Origin: Schmidtea polychroa
Taxonomy: Eukaryota
Direction of reading: 5' to 3'
Assembly: GCA_044892525.1 (NCBI GenBank)
Contig: CM097885.1
Location: 12,836,001 to 12,900,000, forward strand
DNA length: 64,000 nucleotides
Shown here in pieces: positions 13,848 to 27,800 of this stretch (positions are counted from its first letter, which is position 1; each line of letters opens with the position of its first letter). Below the pieces are notes generated by a model. It made no database searches and was not told where the DNA came from. It was given only the letters and a program-made list of their open reading frames with translations. Both the position numbers and the translations under genes were made by a program.

Positions 13848-15299
13848 CTATGAAAATAAATTTACTAATTCAACTTTTTCGTAATGACCGCGACGATCTT
13901 TGAGAATTTGAAAAGCGTTAATTGTTCTTCTAATCAGTTGATCTCCCCTTGCAACATTTATATTTCTAACTTGAAGGTCATTAGATAGTAGAGAGCACTC
14001 CTGTAGGATGTCAATCATAAGAGCTAAATCTACTAGAAAACATTTTTTTTGTAGTCGTTTTGCCATTCCAGACATTTTTTGGTTAGAAGAGAACAACGTA
14101 TACAAAGCAGGGTAGCTCCGCCATACAGCAAGAGCAGATCTTAGGCTGCACGCAGCCCATACTGGTCCTAACACTCTTCTAATCTTAATTATTTCAAAAC
14201 TAAGCTCCTGGAAAATATTATTCAGTTCTTTTTGGTTTTTATTAGATTGATGAAAAATACAATATATTTTGTCCATGAAAACTTTAAAATGATTAACCTG
14301 TTTGATATCGTTTATGGAATCATCTAACACAAGTTGTAGACGGTGATTGAGACAGTGCCAAATAATAACATTTGGAAACATCTCTTTTATTCGTACGCTG
14401 ACTCCAGATTTACAACCGAGCATTACGCTAGCACTGTCAGAACAGAATTCTATTAAATTCAGTTTTAAATAATTAGTATCAAATCCAACAGCAAGCAATA
14501 CACCCAACAAACTTTGAAAAATAGTATTTGCATCTTGTGCGTCAAGCTCCACAATATCTACAAACATTATTGGGGATATTTCAGAAGATTCTACTGTAGA
14601 AGATTCTACTTTGATGATTCTTAATTATCGATATAAACAATTCTTTTTAAGTTTCTTGCGCGATATGCTCTACTATCTTACTTGCACTATGTCGAGAATG
14701 AAGTCCGGTTCCCATGTCCAACCCGTTTTTTACTTGAAGCTCTATTACTCTTTCTATGTCTGAAAACGGACGGTTTCTTTTCGCTAGGCTGTAAACAGTG
14801 TTGAAGATTCTTGCAGTAGAACTAAGAAATTTCTCGTTCATCTTATCGATGCATGATGTAAAAGTTTGTTTTTCAAGTATCTTGGCATGTTCAACAACTA
14901 GTTTGTGTGCTTTTGATGCAAAATGTTCACTCAATTTTTCCTTAAAGATGCTTGTTGCACTATTTTGTCTTTCCCCGATGTCGTAACTTTACATTTTTTC
15001 CATACCTGAGATATTAGTTTTGATTCCATTTTTAAACAATACTCACATTTCAATTTCTGATTACTGACAAATAGCCCATCATATTTAATTTTAAACTCCT
15101 TCAACTGTTTCGCATTCCAACAGCTTGGTAAATTATTATTGTCCTCATTTTGGGAACTAGGAATCTCTAGTATTTGTTCCTGTAAAGTTATTGAAACTGC
15201 TTCTGTCACTGTTATAGTCGACCTGCTACCATTACTTACTGATGTTTCCTCTCTTATTTTTTTCGAGAAATATGTGGTTAACATATTTTGTCTCTTCAT
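13848..15299 (-). pseudogene. Frameshifted, 3'-truncated hAT-related transposase (KIAA1586/ZNF862-like)
   Basis: Three consecutive minus-strand ORFs with motifs FNTVYSLAKRNRPFSD, FCSDSASVMLG, IWHCLNHRLQL and LGPVWAACSLR. C-terminal dimerization domain absent. Confidence 0.75.
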
Positions 15300-17941
15300 C
15301 TTCAAAAAATGAAATTGGTATTTAAAAATAAATTATTTAACTTAAAGCATGAAAATAGTTAATTGAACTTACCTTATTAAATTTTTTAAAAATTTGCGGT
15401 TTTATTAGAAAAATAATTAACTTAAATGTATAAATCTGAACAGAACAAAACAAATAATAACCAATAAAATGAAATCTTTAGATTGTACTTTTTCAATAGA
15501 TATTAGAAATAGATTTAACTTTTACACACATATATATAAGTGTGTACTGTGAGTTACGTAAATGTTAGATTATATGTAAAAACGTGGGAATATTCAATCA
15601 ATTCAGGTTTCTTAAAATAACATCTTTTTTGACATTTGTAAGTTTTAATAAATGGTAAGGTGTGATAAGGCGTATGCTAAAGTGTTTTCTAAATTTTTAT
15701 GATGGAGTAAAATTTCCATTGGTTGAATTTACATTTACAATAAGGAAAAGTGAGAAATGACTGTTGATGGTGATGAGAATGGTAAATATAATATAAATGG
15801 CTAAAGAGCTAAAATATTAATTACACAATAAACCAATGATAAATAAAGTTATAAAAATGGCAATGTATTACAATGTTAATAGTGTCCAGTTTAAACGACG
15901 GGTGACTTAGGACAATGCAAAGGACTACAAAATGGCCATATTTTCTACTTTTTGCTTCCCATTCCCAAATCATTGACCTAAAGATTTGACTTCCATTAAC
16001 TGATATCAAACTTTACAAAAATGAAAAAATGAAAATAATATAGTTTTTTCATATACATGTGTAAAATATAAAATCACTTAACTTTGACATGTTATAATAA
16101 CATAAAGAATTTCAAAACTCTACAAAGGATAGATGTAATAAAGGGTAATTTTTCGTAATTTTTCTACCAAATAAAAGATTTTAAACAATATAAATAAATA
16201 TTTCCATAAATCAAATGCGAAATTGTGGTTTTAGTACTCACCAAAACAACTTATATATGATAAATATTCCATTAAAAAAAGACAACTAGGAAAGAAAATA
16301 GAACATTAACCAAAGATTATTGTGTTATTTGTTTAGAAAACAAATAAGTACGAAGTAAGATAATTCCAAAAGTTATAGTTTCATTTAAATTTTTAAAAAA
16401 ATATTAATGGAATTTTGTTCTCAGTTGCAACTGGGAAAATTGTTTTTACATTTATTTCTAAAAAAAATATCTTTTAATTTTTCTCATTATTTGATGAATG
16501 AAAAAAATAATAATAAATCATTTATTTATGTTTGATTTAATTCCTATTAAAACAAAAAAACATGAGAAAAAATATGATATTTCTAAATTTTCCCAAATGT
16601 CCCACTGTGATTGGTTGATTATTAATTACCAATAATATAATTTAGCAGAATGGTTTCCCATTTCAAATTTGCATGAATGGAATTGATCAAATGTGATTAT
16701 CAGTCAGAATCGTTCTTAAAAGTAAGATTTCAATTACAAATATATGCAAATTGAAAATTAATTTTTAAACTAATCGATATTTGTAAAATTTATCATTATT
16801 TTAACAATAATAATTATTATAATAATTATAATACGAATAATAAATATATTAAAAATATAATAACAATTATGGTATTATTTCTAATAATAATTTTATTAAT
16901 AATAAATATTTTTCATATTAATTATTGAAATTTCAATAATAATAATAATAATTATGATAATAATTTTAAAAAAAATATAATTTCCTAATTTGCTTTCATC
17001 ACAATTTGAATGTGTGTAATTAAAATGATTTTGGATTATTAAGTTAATTATTTTTTTTTCAAACAAATTTTATTAATTGTTGAAATTTTATCAAGATAAA
17101 ATCGTCTGGCGATGGAAATTATAAAATCTGATAGTCTGTAAATATTTCATTAATTATTACCTGGTTAAATAAAAAAATTAAAAATTCATTTTTAAGTAAA
17201 TTATGTTGATTTTTTTATTCGTTTCAATGCGCTAATAATAATTGTATACTAACTTTTTTTTAAACAAAAATGTTAATAAAACAAAATTGTAGTCAGGATA
17301 TTTTGAATTTATTATACATTATACATTTGTTATACAATTCCCCTAATCTTCATTTCTATTTAGATTATCGATCATATATTTTTGAAGAGGATGAGAAGTA
17401 AACATTTATTAAATATATAAACAACAACAATTTATTATTCTCAAACTTGAAAAGAATAAAAATGAAAATAGATCAATAGTAAAAAGGATAAAAGATTTCA
17501 CTAATTGAAAATTTGTTTTAACATGTAAACTCTGCAAAATTAATAATTGAGCATAATAATTTATATTATTTGTATATAATGATATAAATAGTTAAAAGAA
17601 AATATATTTTACATGTGACTACTAACGTCTAAGGATAAATGTGTTCTTTCTTTTCAATTTTCCGTATTCAATTTACCATATTTTTTCAGTAGATATTTCT
17701 TCAATATACCTAAATTATTTTGATAAAATTAATTTTGTTTAGAGGGAAACGTGTTTCCTGTTAAAGGTAATTTTATGCCTTATTTTTGTTAATTAACTTT
17801 GGTATTTGCATAATTTAAAATTTAGAAATTTACATATGTTTTTATTATATTTAAAATTATTTATGTTACCAAATTCTTTTTACTATCTATAAAAATGGTC
17901 AATTTAATTTTCAACCTTTTTATCGTGTCTATAATAATAAC

Positions 17942-18012
<71 letters not shown>

Positions 18013-18032
18013 TTATTATTATAATAAAAATT

Positions 18033-18063
<31 letters not shown>

Positions 18064-19254
18064 TTATTATTTCTATTATTATTTTTATTATAATTATCAC
18101 TAATGAGTTTGATTACTTAAAATATATTTTGATTTATACACATAATAGGATATTTTTTGTCATAAGATAATTTTTTATGTAATTTATAATTTATTTTGAT
18201 TAATTAACAATTAATATAGTTTCACTATATATTTTGAGTTTTAACTGAATCATTAATTTTACAAAAGATTTTAATGGAATCATTTCTATTGAGATATATT
18301 GAAAAAAAATAAAATTCTTAAATACGTAGTTTCATGTCGTTGCTTTTTTAGATAAATAGCACTATAGAAAATCAGATTCCATTCCATTAAAACAAACAAA
18401 TAGAAACAAAACAACCAGTTTAAACAAAAGCTAATAATAAATTATTATCCATAGATTTAAATAATGGATGTTTCATTATAGACAGTAATTAATTTAATTG
18501 ATATTAATGAGACTCATTTGCAATTAAATATTATTGCAAGTCCCATGGCGGTATATTTCCCGAGATCCAAACTTTTCTGCATCCTATTGAAAATTTTAAG
18601 TGCAACATAATTTATGAAATCATATAAAACGACTGTCAAAGTAAAAATGTTAATTAATAGGAAAATAAAATATATTTAATGCCTTTACCTACCTTGAAAG
18701 TTGTCGCTTATATGCATGTTGCACTGAATGTACTACAAATAATAATCAAAATATTTATTTAAATATTAAAATTGAAAACTGACGTCATTACTTCTCAGAG
18801 GTTCAAGAACTTTGTTTCCAGTTTGCGTTGTAAGATCTGAACTAAAGAATAATTTTATTTTATTTTATTTCTTTTAAAAACATGATTTTTGACAATTACC
18901 TATAAGATTTATTTACTTGGTCATTTTGTCTGAGAGTCTCTCTATGATTTATTGAAAATGTTGTAAAATTGGTTCAATTTCATAAAATATTTCTTTCAAA
19001 TTACTAATTATTTCAAATTATTGCAATTAAATTCCATTTACTAATTCAAATTATTTCTACATAATTTAATCGACAGCATGACATTTTTATTCACATTTCA
19101 TCTCGAAATCGACGTTTTTAATTGGATATTGAAAAATTAACTCAATTTAAACAATTATATCTTTATAACGGGTATAATGTGTTGAATATTAAAATATTAT
19201 TTTCAATAAATGTAACTTATTGATTTGAATAATCGTCTAATTTTCATGAAAACA

Positions 19255-19332
<78 letters not shown>

Positions 19333-19335
<3 letters not shown>

Positions 19336-19560
19336 GTAGGCAAATGGTAATTTCAATTTTTTCTTCATATCTTTATAACCTCGAAATTAATAACATCAGA
19401 ATTATTTGCCCAACAAAGATTTAGCCAAATGGCTTTTGCCTGGGCAAATGCTATTTTCCTAGTCAAATGGAAATGAAATAATAGCTAAAGCTATTTGACC
19501 AGGCAAATGGCATTTGCTTAGCCAAATGTTATTTTCCTAAAATTACCATTTACCTACGAC
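19333..19560. mobile_element. MITE with ~21 bp TIRs and internal ~15-20 bp repeats (MULE-like), at the edge of a (TA)n tract
   Basis: GTCGTAGGCAAATGGTAATTT ... AAATTACCATTTACCTACGAC, with internal repeats of (T)AG(C/G)CAAATG. Confidence 0.7.
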
Positions 19561-20603
19561 ATATACACTAAATGGGTACCTATAATCAACTATTATATTA
19601 TTATTTTTCTACGCCGCAATACATTAGGGGGCTAAAATTAAGGAACATCAATGACAGACAAATGCAATGTATGCCTAATTTGTGTATGATAAAGTCTTAG
19701 TTAGGATATTCAGTTATCCAACACAGAAGTCAATTTTTACGCAAATATATCACTCGTTTCGTCAAAACAGAGAAACGGAAAAGCTGAATATTTAATATTT
19801 GCCGCATGGTCAAATTCATTTCATAAATCTGCCAAATTTATTGCGTGATAAATAATAATAGATTTTTTGTATGACAAATAAATGGTTAAGGTGAAGGGTA
19901 GTTGATAATGTATATGAAATATTTCGTAGCATTAATCAAAGAAATAATTCATTAATTAAATATATTCAATTCGACCATACTATTTCAAACAAAAAAGTGT
20001 ATATTTTGAGGATATTTAGATAATGAAACAATAAAATTATTATATCAGGAAAATGATTGAGGAAGACGAATAACAATGATAGAAAATAGGAATGAAGCTT
20101 TAAAAATTTAAAGAAAAATGGGAAAAAGAGAAAGAAATGAAAAGAAAATCAATTATTAAAACAATAAATAAGAAAATATAATTTAGAAAAAGAAACTAAA
20201 CGCAAAACAAGTTTTGTTATCTCGACATTTTTTTGAGATTATTGCTTCAAGGTGATACAAAAAGTAGATATTGGAAAATTATAGTTAAGACAGTCATTTA
20301 AAAGAGGTTTTGATATAATTCGGCGAAGCTGAAGTCAAAGCAGAACAGACAATCAAGTAAATAGTATCGAGAATAAATAGGGGTATAAACAGTGATTGCG
20401 AATCTAATATTCTGTTGAAAAGTGCTATTCCTCACAAAGTCGTGCAATTACAATTAAAATTGTCATGTTATCAAATAATTCGCTCTGATTATTTTCAATA
20501 AAGAGAAGTCTAGATTCTAACTGCCCTGGTTATTATAATATTTTACACTTAGAACCAAGTTCATATAACGTTCATTTATTTCACTGACAAACACCAACAT
20601 ATA

Positions 20604-21560
20604 CACCCGTTTGCAATGAATAGACACATCTATAATGTTAACAAAATCAATAAGTTTATATTATATAAACACACACTTACATGCGCGTTGATATTTAGCG
20701 CTGCAGTGAATAAACGTATTTAATACAGAAAGTGAGAAAGTGGCAGAAAAAATAAAATGAAACACGCAAACACAACAGATAATAAAAAATGCATGCGAAA
20801 TCTCTAAATGTAGAATCGTTGTAATTGCTAAACTCGCTTTAATTAATCATTTACAGACATTATTAGAAAAAAATGACCGAAATAAATTTTGACGAAAATT
20901 CCGAAAACTCAACATTAAGTTGTAGAAATAATGATTACATAATTTCATAAGATTTATCTTCAATTTTTAATAAATTTAATAATTTTTTAGAATTTCACAT
21001 TGTCCTGAAATTTCTTTATTAACATTTCCGTCCAATGTTGATGTTGGAAAAAAAATAGAAAAATCGTAAATTTTATGAACCTAAATTTAAAAAATTATTA
21101 TTTCCCTCGAAAGGAGATTTTATTTAATCAATGAGACGCTGGAAGGTGATGTGAAAAAATATGATTATAGAAATTTCGAAAACTATTTTGAACACATTCA
21201 CTGTTTTTCCCTATAAAAGTTTTAAAAATATAGATTTCTTTGGAGAATAATAAATTATATTTGTAAATTAATTTAATTAAAAATAATAGCACTCTTGTTG
21301 TATCAAAATAAATCTAAAAAAAGTTGATTATAAATTATTTATAGTAGAAAATGTTGAGAAAAACTAATATTTAAAATCTTGAATAATAATATAATATCCA
21401 TATGGATAAAATTAAAAGCCTTAAAGTTTACTTTAAATTAAAGAAAAAGCCATTTCCTAAAAACTTACAAACAATATTTAATCACAAATAATGTGTGTTC
21501 TATAATTGGTTGTACACACCAATCTATATCATCGTTGCGTATATTTATTGCAAACGAGTG
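20604..21560. mobile_element. Tc1/mariner-like non-autonomous element, same family as 54853-55688
   Basis: TA-CACCCGTTTGCAATGAATA ... TATTTATTGCAAACGAGTG-TA. The interior aligns by eye with 54853-55688; partial copies at ~2190-2256, 23630-23740 and 24060-24210. Confidence 0.65.
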
Positions 21561-21998
21561 TATATAAAATTTAATTTTTAAAACACCTGACAAGTCAGTG
21601 TTGAAAAATCCAAAATATTAATAAATAGTCTGAAAAGAAATGACAATAAAGTAAAATTACAATAATATGTCTAGCTCATGCATTACATTAGTTATATCAG
21701 ATAAAAAGAAATTCATTTTCTTAATATAATATTTATTGCAAAATACTAACTTGAATCAAATAAAAATCTGTATTTTCAATTTGAAAGAGCTGAGACCTTG
21801 TCCAGACTATAATCAAAATGAGAAGAGAGATTTCTTGTTTAAATCGGTATTTATTTTTAATATTGGATAAAATAAATAAACAATTTTGATTTTATTATCT
21901 GGGACATTAAATTGACTAAAATTTTGGAATGAATCAAATTGATATAAAATAAATTTTCAATTATAAATTTCAAAATCGGCTGATACAGTTTTTCATAT

Positions 21999-22126
<128 letters not shown>

Positions 22127-22135
22127 TATTATTAT

Positions 22136-22195
<60 letters not shown>

Positions 22196-22522
22196 TATAA
22201 TAATAATAATAATAATAATAATAATTAATGCTTTTTTCTTGGTTGCATTATACTGCAGTGTTGAATAATTAAAAAATGAAAAAGATAAATAATTACATCA
22301 AAGCTTTCAAGAAAACTTTGAAATGTTTAATTTTTGTTAATGTTCTTTTTTAATTCTATGATTTGTATTTTCATTGGATATAAATCTGACTTTAACTTTA
22401 TGTTTTATATTTCATATTTTAATTTTTATTGCTAATTTTTTTCATCAAAATTACAAGAAATATCTCATTTTAGACTTAGGTTCTTTGGATTGATATCTTG
22501 AATAAATCATTTCCACGTGAAA

Positions 22523-22954
22523 ATGAGAGAAATAATAGTTCTTTTCCTGATCAATTCAGTCTCTATGTTTCGTAAAAATTTTGTTCAATTGAAAGTACTT
22601 CATTTTGAAACAAAAGAAATGACGGATTTAAGATCTACAGCCGAATACTTTAAAGTCAGTAAAGAGCTGACGATTGTCAATCAAACCGAAATGAAATTGC
22701 CTCATTTAGTTCCATTGAATTTGACACTAGATTACAGACCTATGTTCAAATATCTATTCTATCCCACCGCATTAAAAAGTGAGATTTGCAAGGAATTCCT
22801 CATAAATCAAGTAAATACGTTCATGCTCGTTAATGATGACGGAGAATTAGAAAAAGATAAATTTAATAGAGGAGTAGATTTTATCATTCATATGGTTTCA
22901 TCAATGGGCATTCCGACATTTACTTGGTTTCCTGATAAAGCCGGACAATACAAG
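22523..22954 (+). CDS. NMDA-type ionotropic glutamate receptor subunit (GluN2/Nmdar2-like), coding exon 1: signal peptide and start of amino-terminal domain
   Basis: Hydrophobic N-terminus MREIIVLFLINSVS; ICKEFL...FIIHMVSSMGIPTFTW resembles the invertebrate Nmdar2 ATD. Donor AAG|GTAAAT, phase 0. Confidence 0.7.
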
Positions 22955-24460
22955 GTAAATTTATTCACATGAGCTTTTCTTATTAGATATCATAACTGAT
23001 CCTATTGAAATTTTGCAGAGTTTCATTTCATTTAGATTATTCCCCATTGATAATATATAATATTGAAGCCATACCATTGAATAAAATATTATTATATAAT
23101 TTATTTATTTAAAATTTTATTGTAATATATATTAACATTTCTCAGCATTATTTTGTCCCAAAAATTCATGAAAATATTTTATACAGAAATATTGTAGATT
23201 TTATAGTCATATTTCCTTTGAAATTTCAATGTAACATAAGCTTGCTTTGACCACAATAACTATTCATCTGGCATTATCCTATACTTACACGATTCCCACA
23301 TTGGCTTTAATCCCACGAAATTATACTATGACATAATCTTTGAGACTTTAACAAAATACTGATAATACATGACAGCAAGGCTTTTGTTACAGTAATTAAA
23401 TTCAGTGATTTTTGTGAATTTCTGCATGAAAATTTGACATTTGTTTGATATAATTTTTTCTATCATGATAGATTGATAAGTTATTCTTTTGATTCAAACT
23501 TTACACATTTATTTTACTAGTTTCATTAATTTGCTTTGTTGATTTTTTTGTAGATTTTTGTTTAAATAGGAATAGATTAAATTGTTTAAACAGCAAAGTT
23601 ACAAAAACTTACACATGTGTTGAAGTATTTACTATAGTAATGAAGAAAGTGGTAGAAAAAATAAATTTAACACACAAACACAATACATAGTAAAATATGC
23701 ATATAAACTTTCGATATGTAATATTGTTTTATGGAATTCATGTGATTTAAATTTCTTTTTGTGATGAAACTATGAGAGATAAAAATTTTAAATTTTGTAC
23801 CGAAAAATATTTTGAATTCAATCTTACTACTCTAGAAATTGATAATATAAACTAAAAAAGTTAATATAAAACCGAAAAGCATTTTTTTATGAATATTCTT
23901 GATTTTGTTTCAAAATGTACTAAAATGAAAATATTTTACTTTTTAATTAAAAATTTTTAAAACCTTCAAATTGTAAAAATTCCATAGAAAACAAAATATT
24001 GTCAATTCATAATCTGAAAATAAATTGTCAGAAATAATGATTCATTTATTTGTTTACCCACAAAGAGGCGTTTATTCCATGCAAACTGGTGTAGAAGAGT
24101 TTATTTTAAGCAAAAATAGTCAAAGTAATAGAAAAATAAATTCAACACACAAACACAAAACAAAGTAGAGAATACATGCAAATTTTCGATATATGCAACT
24201 GTTGCATGGAATAAGTATAGGCGTCTAATAATATTTTGATAACTTTTGTGAAACAATAATGGTTTTATATATCATTGCTTGAAATCCTTTATCCTTTTCA
24301 TTCAAGCCAATCTTCTTATTCTTTATTTCAGATTGTAGGTCAACATTTTTATTAATTTAATATTAACTCTAAATTGTGTAAAATAAATAAAATATTGAGA
24401 TATTATCTGACATAAGAATAAAGGAAACTAAAATTATTAAGATATCTTAACAAAGAAAAG

Positions 24461-24603
24461 AGTAGTGTGTATATAGCCCTAACCCAAACAACCCTCCCAA
24501 CAAAAACATACCTCCATTACGCTTAAACCATTAGAAAAACAACCTAAAACTTATACTTTTATAGTATTTTAACCCTATATTTTTGAAAACAACCACCCTT
24601 AAT
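24461..24603 (+). repeat. Left outer terminal inverted repeat of Polinton
   Basis: Exact reverse complement of 38448-38590 (143/143, compared block by block). Confidence 0.97.
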
Positions 24604-24615
24604 ATACAACTACTT

Positions 24616-24768
24616 TATAAATCTAAGATACCCACACCATTTTCAATATGGTTTTCAAATTTTTAATATTATTTTATGTTGAAAAAAAACTAACCTCAGA
24701 TGTGATTTGAACCACTGTGCCAGTCTAGCCCACTGCGCTATCTTGCTTTGGATTTTTGTCATTTTTTA
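24616..24768 (+). repeat. Left inner inverted-repeat segment of Polinton
   Basis: Near-identical reverse complement of 37686-37825, with a few substitutions and one ~13 bp indel. Confidence 0.9.
24682..24747 (-). ncRNA. tRNA-like Pol III unit in left inner TIR segment, outward facing
   Basis: Minus strand: A box TAGCGCAGTGG (24740-24730), B box GGTTCAAATC (24713-24704), T8 run (24689-24682). Anticodon arm is missing. Confidence 0.55.
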
Positions 24769-24879
24769 AATTTTTATTATAAAAATCTAAAAATTATACT
24801 GTCACATTATGAAAATAAATATAAAAACATCATAAAAAATAAAAAAACAAAGTATCCAAAAAAAAATTTTTTTCTAAAA

Positions 24880-27800
24880 ATGAATTGTAATATTTGTAAT
24901 AAAGTTTTTAAAAATAAAACTGGATTGATTTCTCACTGTAAATCGAAAGCTCATTTATTAAAAGCAAACAATCTTAATGATACAAATTCAAAAGTTTGTC
25001 CTAAATGTAAAGGAAGATTTCTACATTCTGGATATAATAAACATTTTGAAAATTGTATCGGGAAAAATAGAGAAATATTTACATGTTCTCACTGTAACTT
25101 TTCAACAAAAGTAAATTTCTATTATTTAGAACATATAAAAGAATGTAAAAATAAAAAACAAAATTCTGACGATGAGGAATGTCATTCAGAAGGAGAACCT
25201 GATCATGTTGAAAGAGAAAAATATAACTGGGATGATTTTAATCATGTAGATGAATTTCAATTAGAAATCAATGGACCTATAACTCCTGGAGAATATATAA
25301 ATAAAAATAAAAAAAATATTAAAAATTCTTTCACTGAAGCTTTAAAAAATTATAAACCGACAAGGTATAATGTTATAAAATATAAAATTATAATCAAAGC
25401 AAAATACTGGCGAGGAGCACAAGAAAAGACAACACCTTTAGATGTTGAAATTGGAATACCCTTTAAATATTTATTTTCAACTAAAGGATTTGATAAAACC
25501 ATCAAAGAAATAATTCAAGCAGTAGAAGCAAAACAAGAAGAGGTTGAAAATGAATTAGGAGATTCAAACTTAGTATTCAACTCTTTCCAAACTTTAGTGA
25601 TTGATTATTGGAGAGGATTACCACCTAATCCTAAATCTTATATTCCTACACCCTTTAAATCTAAAAATGTTATAAACATACAGAATAATGATAACAAATG
25701 TTTCGTCTGGTCAATACTTGCACATTTACACCCTCAAGAATCAAACCCTCAAAGAGTTTCAAAATACAAACAATATGAAAATGAATTAATATTTCCCAAA
25801 GGATTCAAACATCCAATGAAACTAGAAGACATTCCAAAATTTGAAAGTTAAAATAATCTTAAAATTAATATTTATGAACGTGTTAAAGGGAAACATGTTA
25901 ATAGCAGAGAAATTATTCCAATTTATATTTCAGATTATGAAGTTAGAGATAATGAACCCCAGGATAACACTAGGGAGATATATCTTTTAATCTTGGAACA
26001 ACAAAATAATCAACATTATGTTTTAATAAAAAACTTTCAAGCTTTTACATCACCAGAGAATCCAACTAGTGGAGGAGGAACATGTAAAAGATGTCTTCAT
26101 TATTCAACAACTAAAAACACTATGATTAAACATACAAGATTTTGTGAAAAAGATGATCCAGCTTTAATTAAAATGCCTAATAATCCCAAGATGTATTTTA
26201 AAAACTTTTCAAATTTACTACAAACAGTAGGAGTGCTTTATGGGGACTTTGAATCTATAAATCGTAAACAAGATTTGGTTAAACAATATTTAAAAATAAT
26301 AGAAAAAAATAAACTCATGGATTCCTGGAACTCCTCAGGAGAGAAGATGAAACCAGAGAGGATGAAAGCCTTTCTAAGAAAAAGGAATAAACCTAATAGT
26401 GTTAAAAAAACTAAACAATTACCATCTGCTTATAAATTATTATTTAAAAGTAATTATCCTGAACTCATAGAATCTAGAGAATATACATTTCGAGGAATTT
26501 CAGAAACAGAAGTCTTGAATCATTTTACTAAAAGTATAAATGATCTAGAACATGAAATATTTAAAGTATTAAAAACAAACTATCCTCAAAATATTTCTAA
26601 TCAACAACAACAAGAATATGAAAACACTTCCAACTGTTGGATGTGTAAACAACCATTTGAAGAGTCTCCGAATATAAAAGTCCTCGATCATGATCATTTA
26701 AAAAAGGAAAATAATTATCGAGGAGCAGCTCATAAAAATTGTAATCTTAATTGTCATACTCCTAAATTTGTACCTGTTATATTTCATAATCTTTTTGGTT
26801 ATGACATACATCTATTTATTAAACATTTAGCAGCAAATGCTAAAAACTCTTTCAAAGTTATAGGACTTACAAAGGAAAAATATAAATCAGTTGAATATGG
26901 AAAATTAAAATTTATAGACTCGTTAAACTTTCTTCAAATGTCTCTAGATGGAATAGCTAAAACAATGAAACCAGAAGATTTTAAAATCACTCGAGAATTC
27001 TTGGAAAAAAATAATATTCCTCTAGAAGAATATCCTACATGTTTAGCAAAAGGAATATATCCTTATGACTATGTTGACTCGTTTGAAAGATATAATGAAA
27101 CAAGTCTTCCTAGCCAAGAAGATTTCTATTCACAACTTCAAAAATATCATATTACAAATCAAGAATATTCTCGAGCAAATAAAATGTGGGAATTATTCAA
27201 GTGTAAAACTTTAGGAGAATATACAAGTATGTATTTATCCTTGGATGTTTATATTCTAGCAGATTGCTTTGAAGAATTTACAAAGTCTTTTGTTCTTAAA
27301 CCTTACAATTATATAACAGCACCCTCTTTAGCTTGGGATACTTTATTATATACCATTTGGACTTTAAATATAGAAGAAGCTGATAAAATTATAGATCTTT
27401 TAACTAACCTCGATATGTTTAATCTAATTAAAACAAACATTAGAGGAGGAGTCTCTTCAGTAATGGGGAATAGAGAAATAAAAGCCTGAAATGCAATAAC
27501 TACTAGCAGAATGCTTTCAAAGACCTCTGATCCATATATAAAAATTAATAATGAGGAATTAAAAGAAATATTAGAAACAATGAAAAATCCTATATTTATA
27601 CTTTATATAGATGCAACAGCTTTATATTCAGGAATTATGACTCAATATTTACCAATGGGTGATTTCATTGAAATAGAATCATCAAAAGAACTTATAAAAG
27701 AAATACTTTCAACACCTAAAGATTCTCCAATAGGTTACTTTGTAGAATGTGACTTATTATATCCAGATGATATAAAATCAGGAACAAGATATTTCCCATT

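Noticed and set aside
19385..19540. CRISPR-like array of short repeats
   Set aside because: Eukaryotic context, irregular degenerate repeats inside a TIR-bounded MITE, no unique spacers and no cas genes.
25849..27489. Alternative genetic code or programmed read-through explaining in-frame TAA/TGA in polB, PX and the hAT transposase
   Set aside because: The same codons end neighbouring intact genes, and the residues expected at these positions differ. Point mutation is the simpler explanation.
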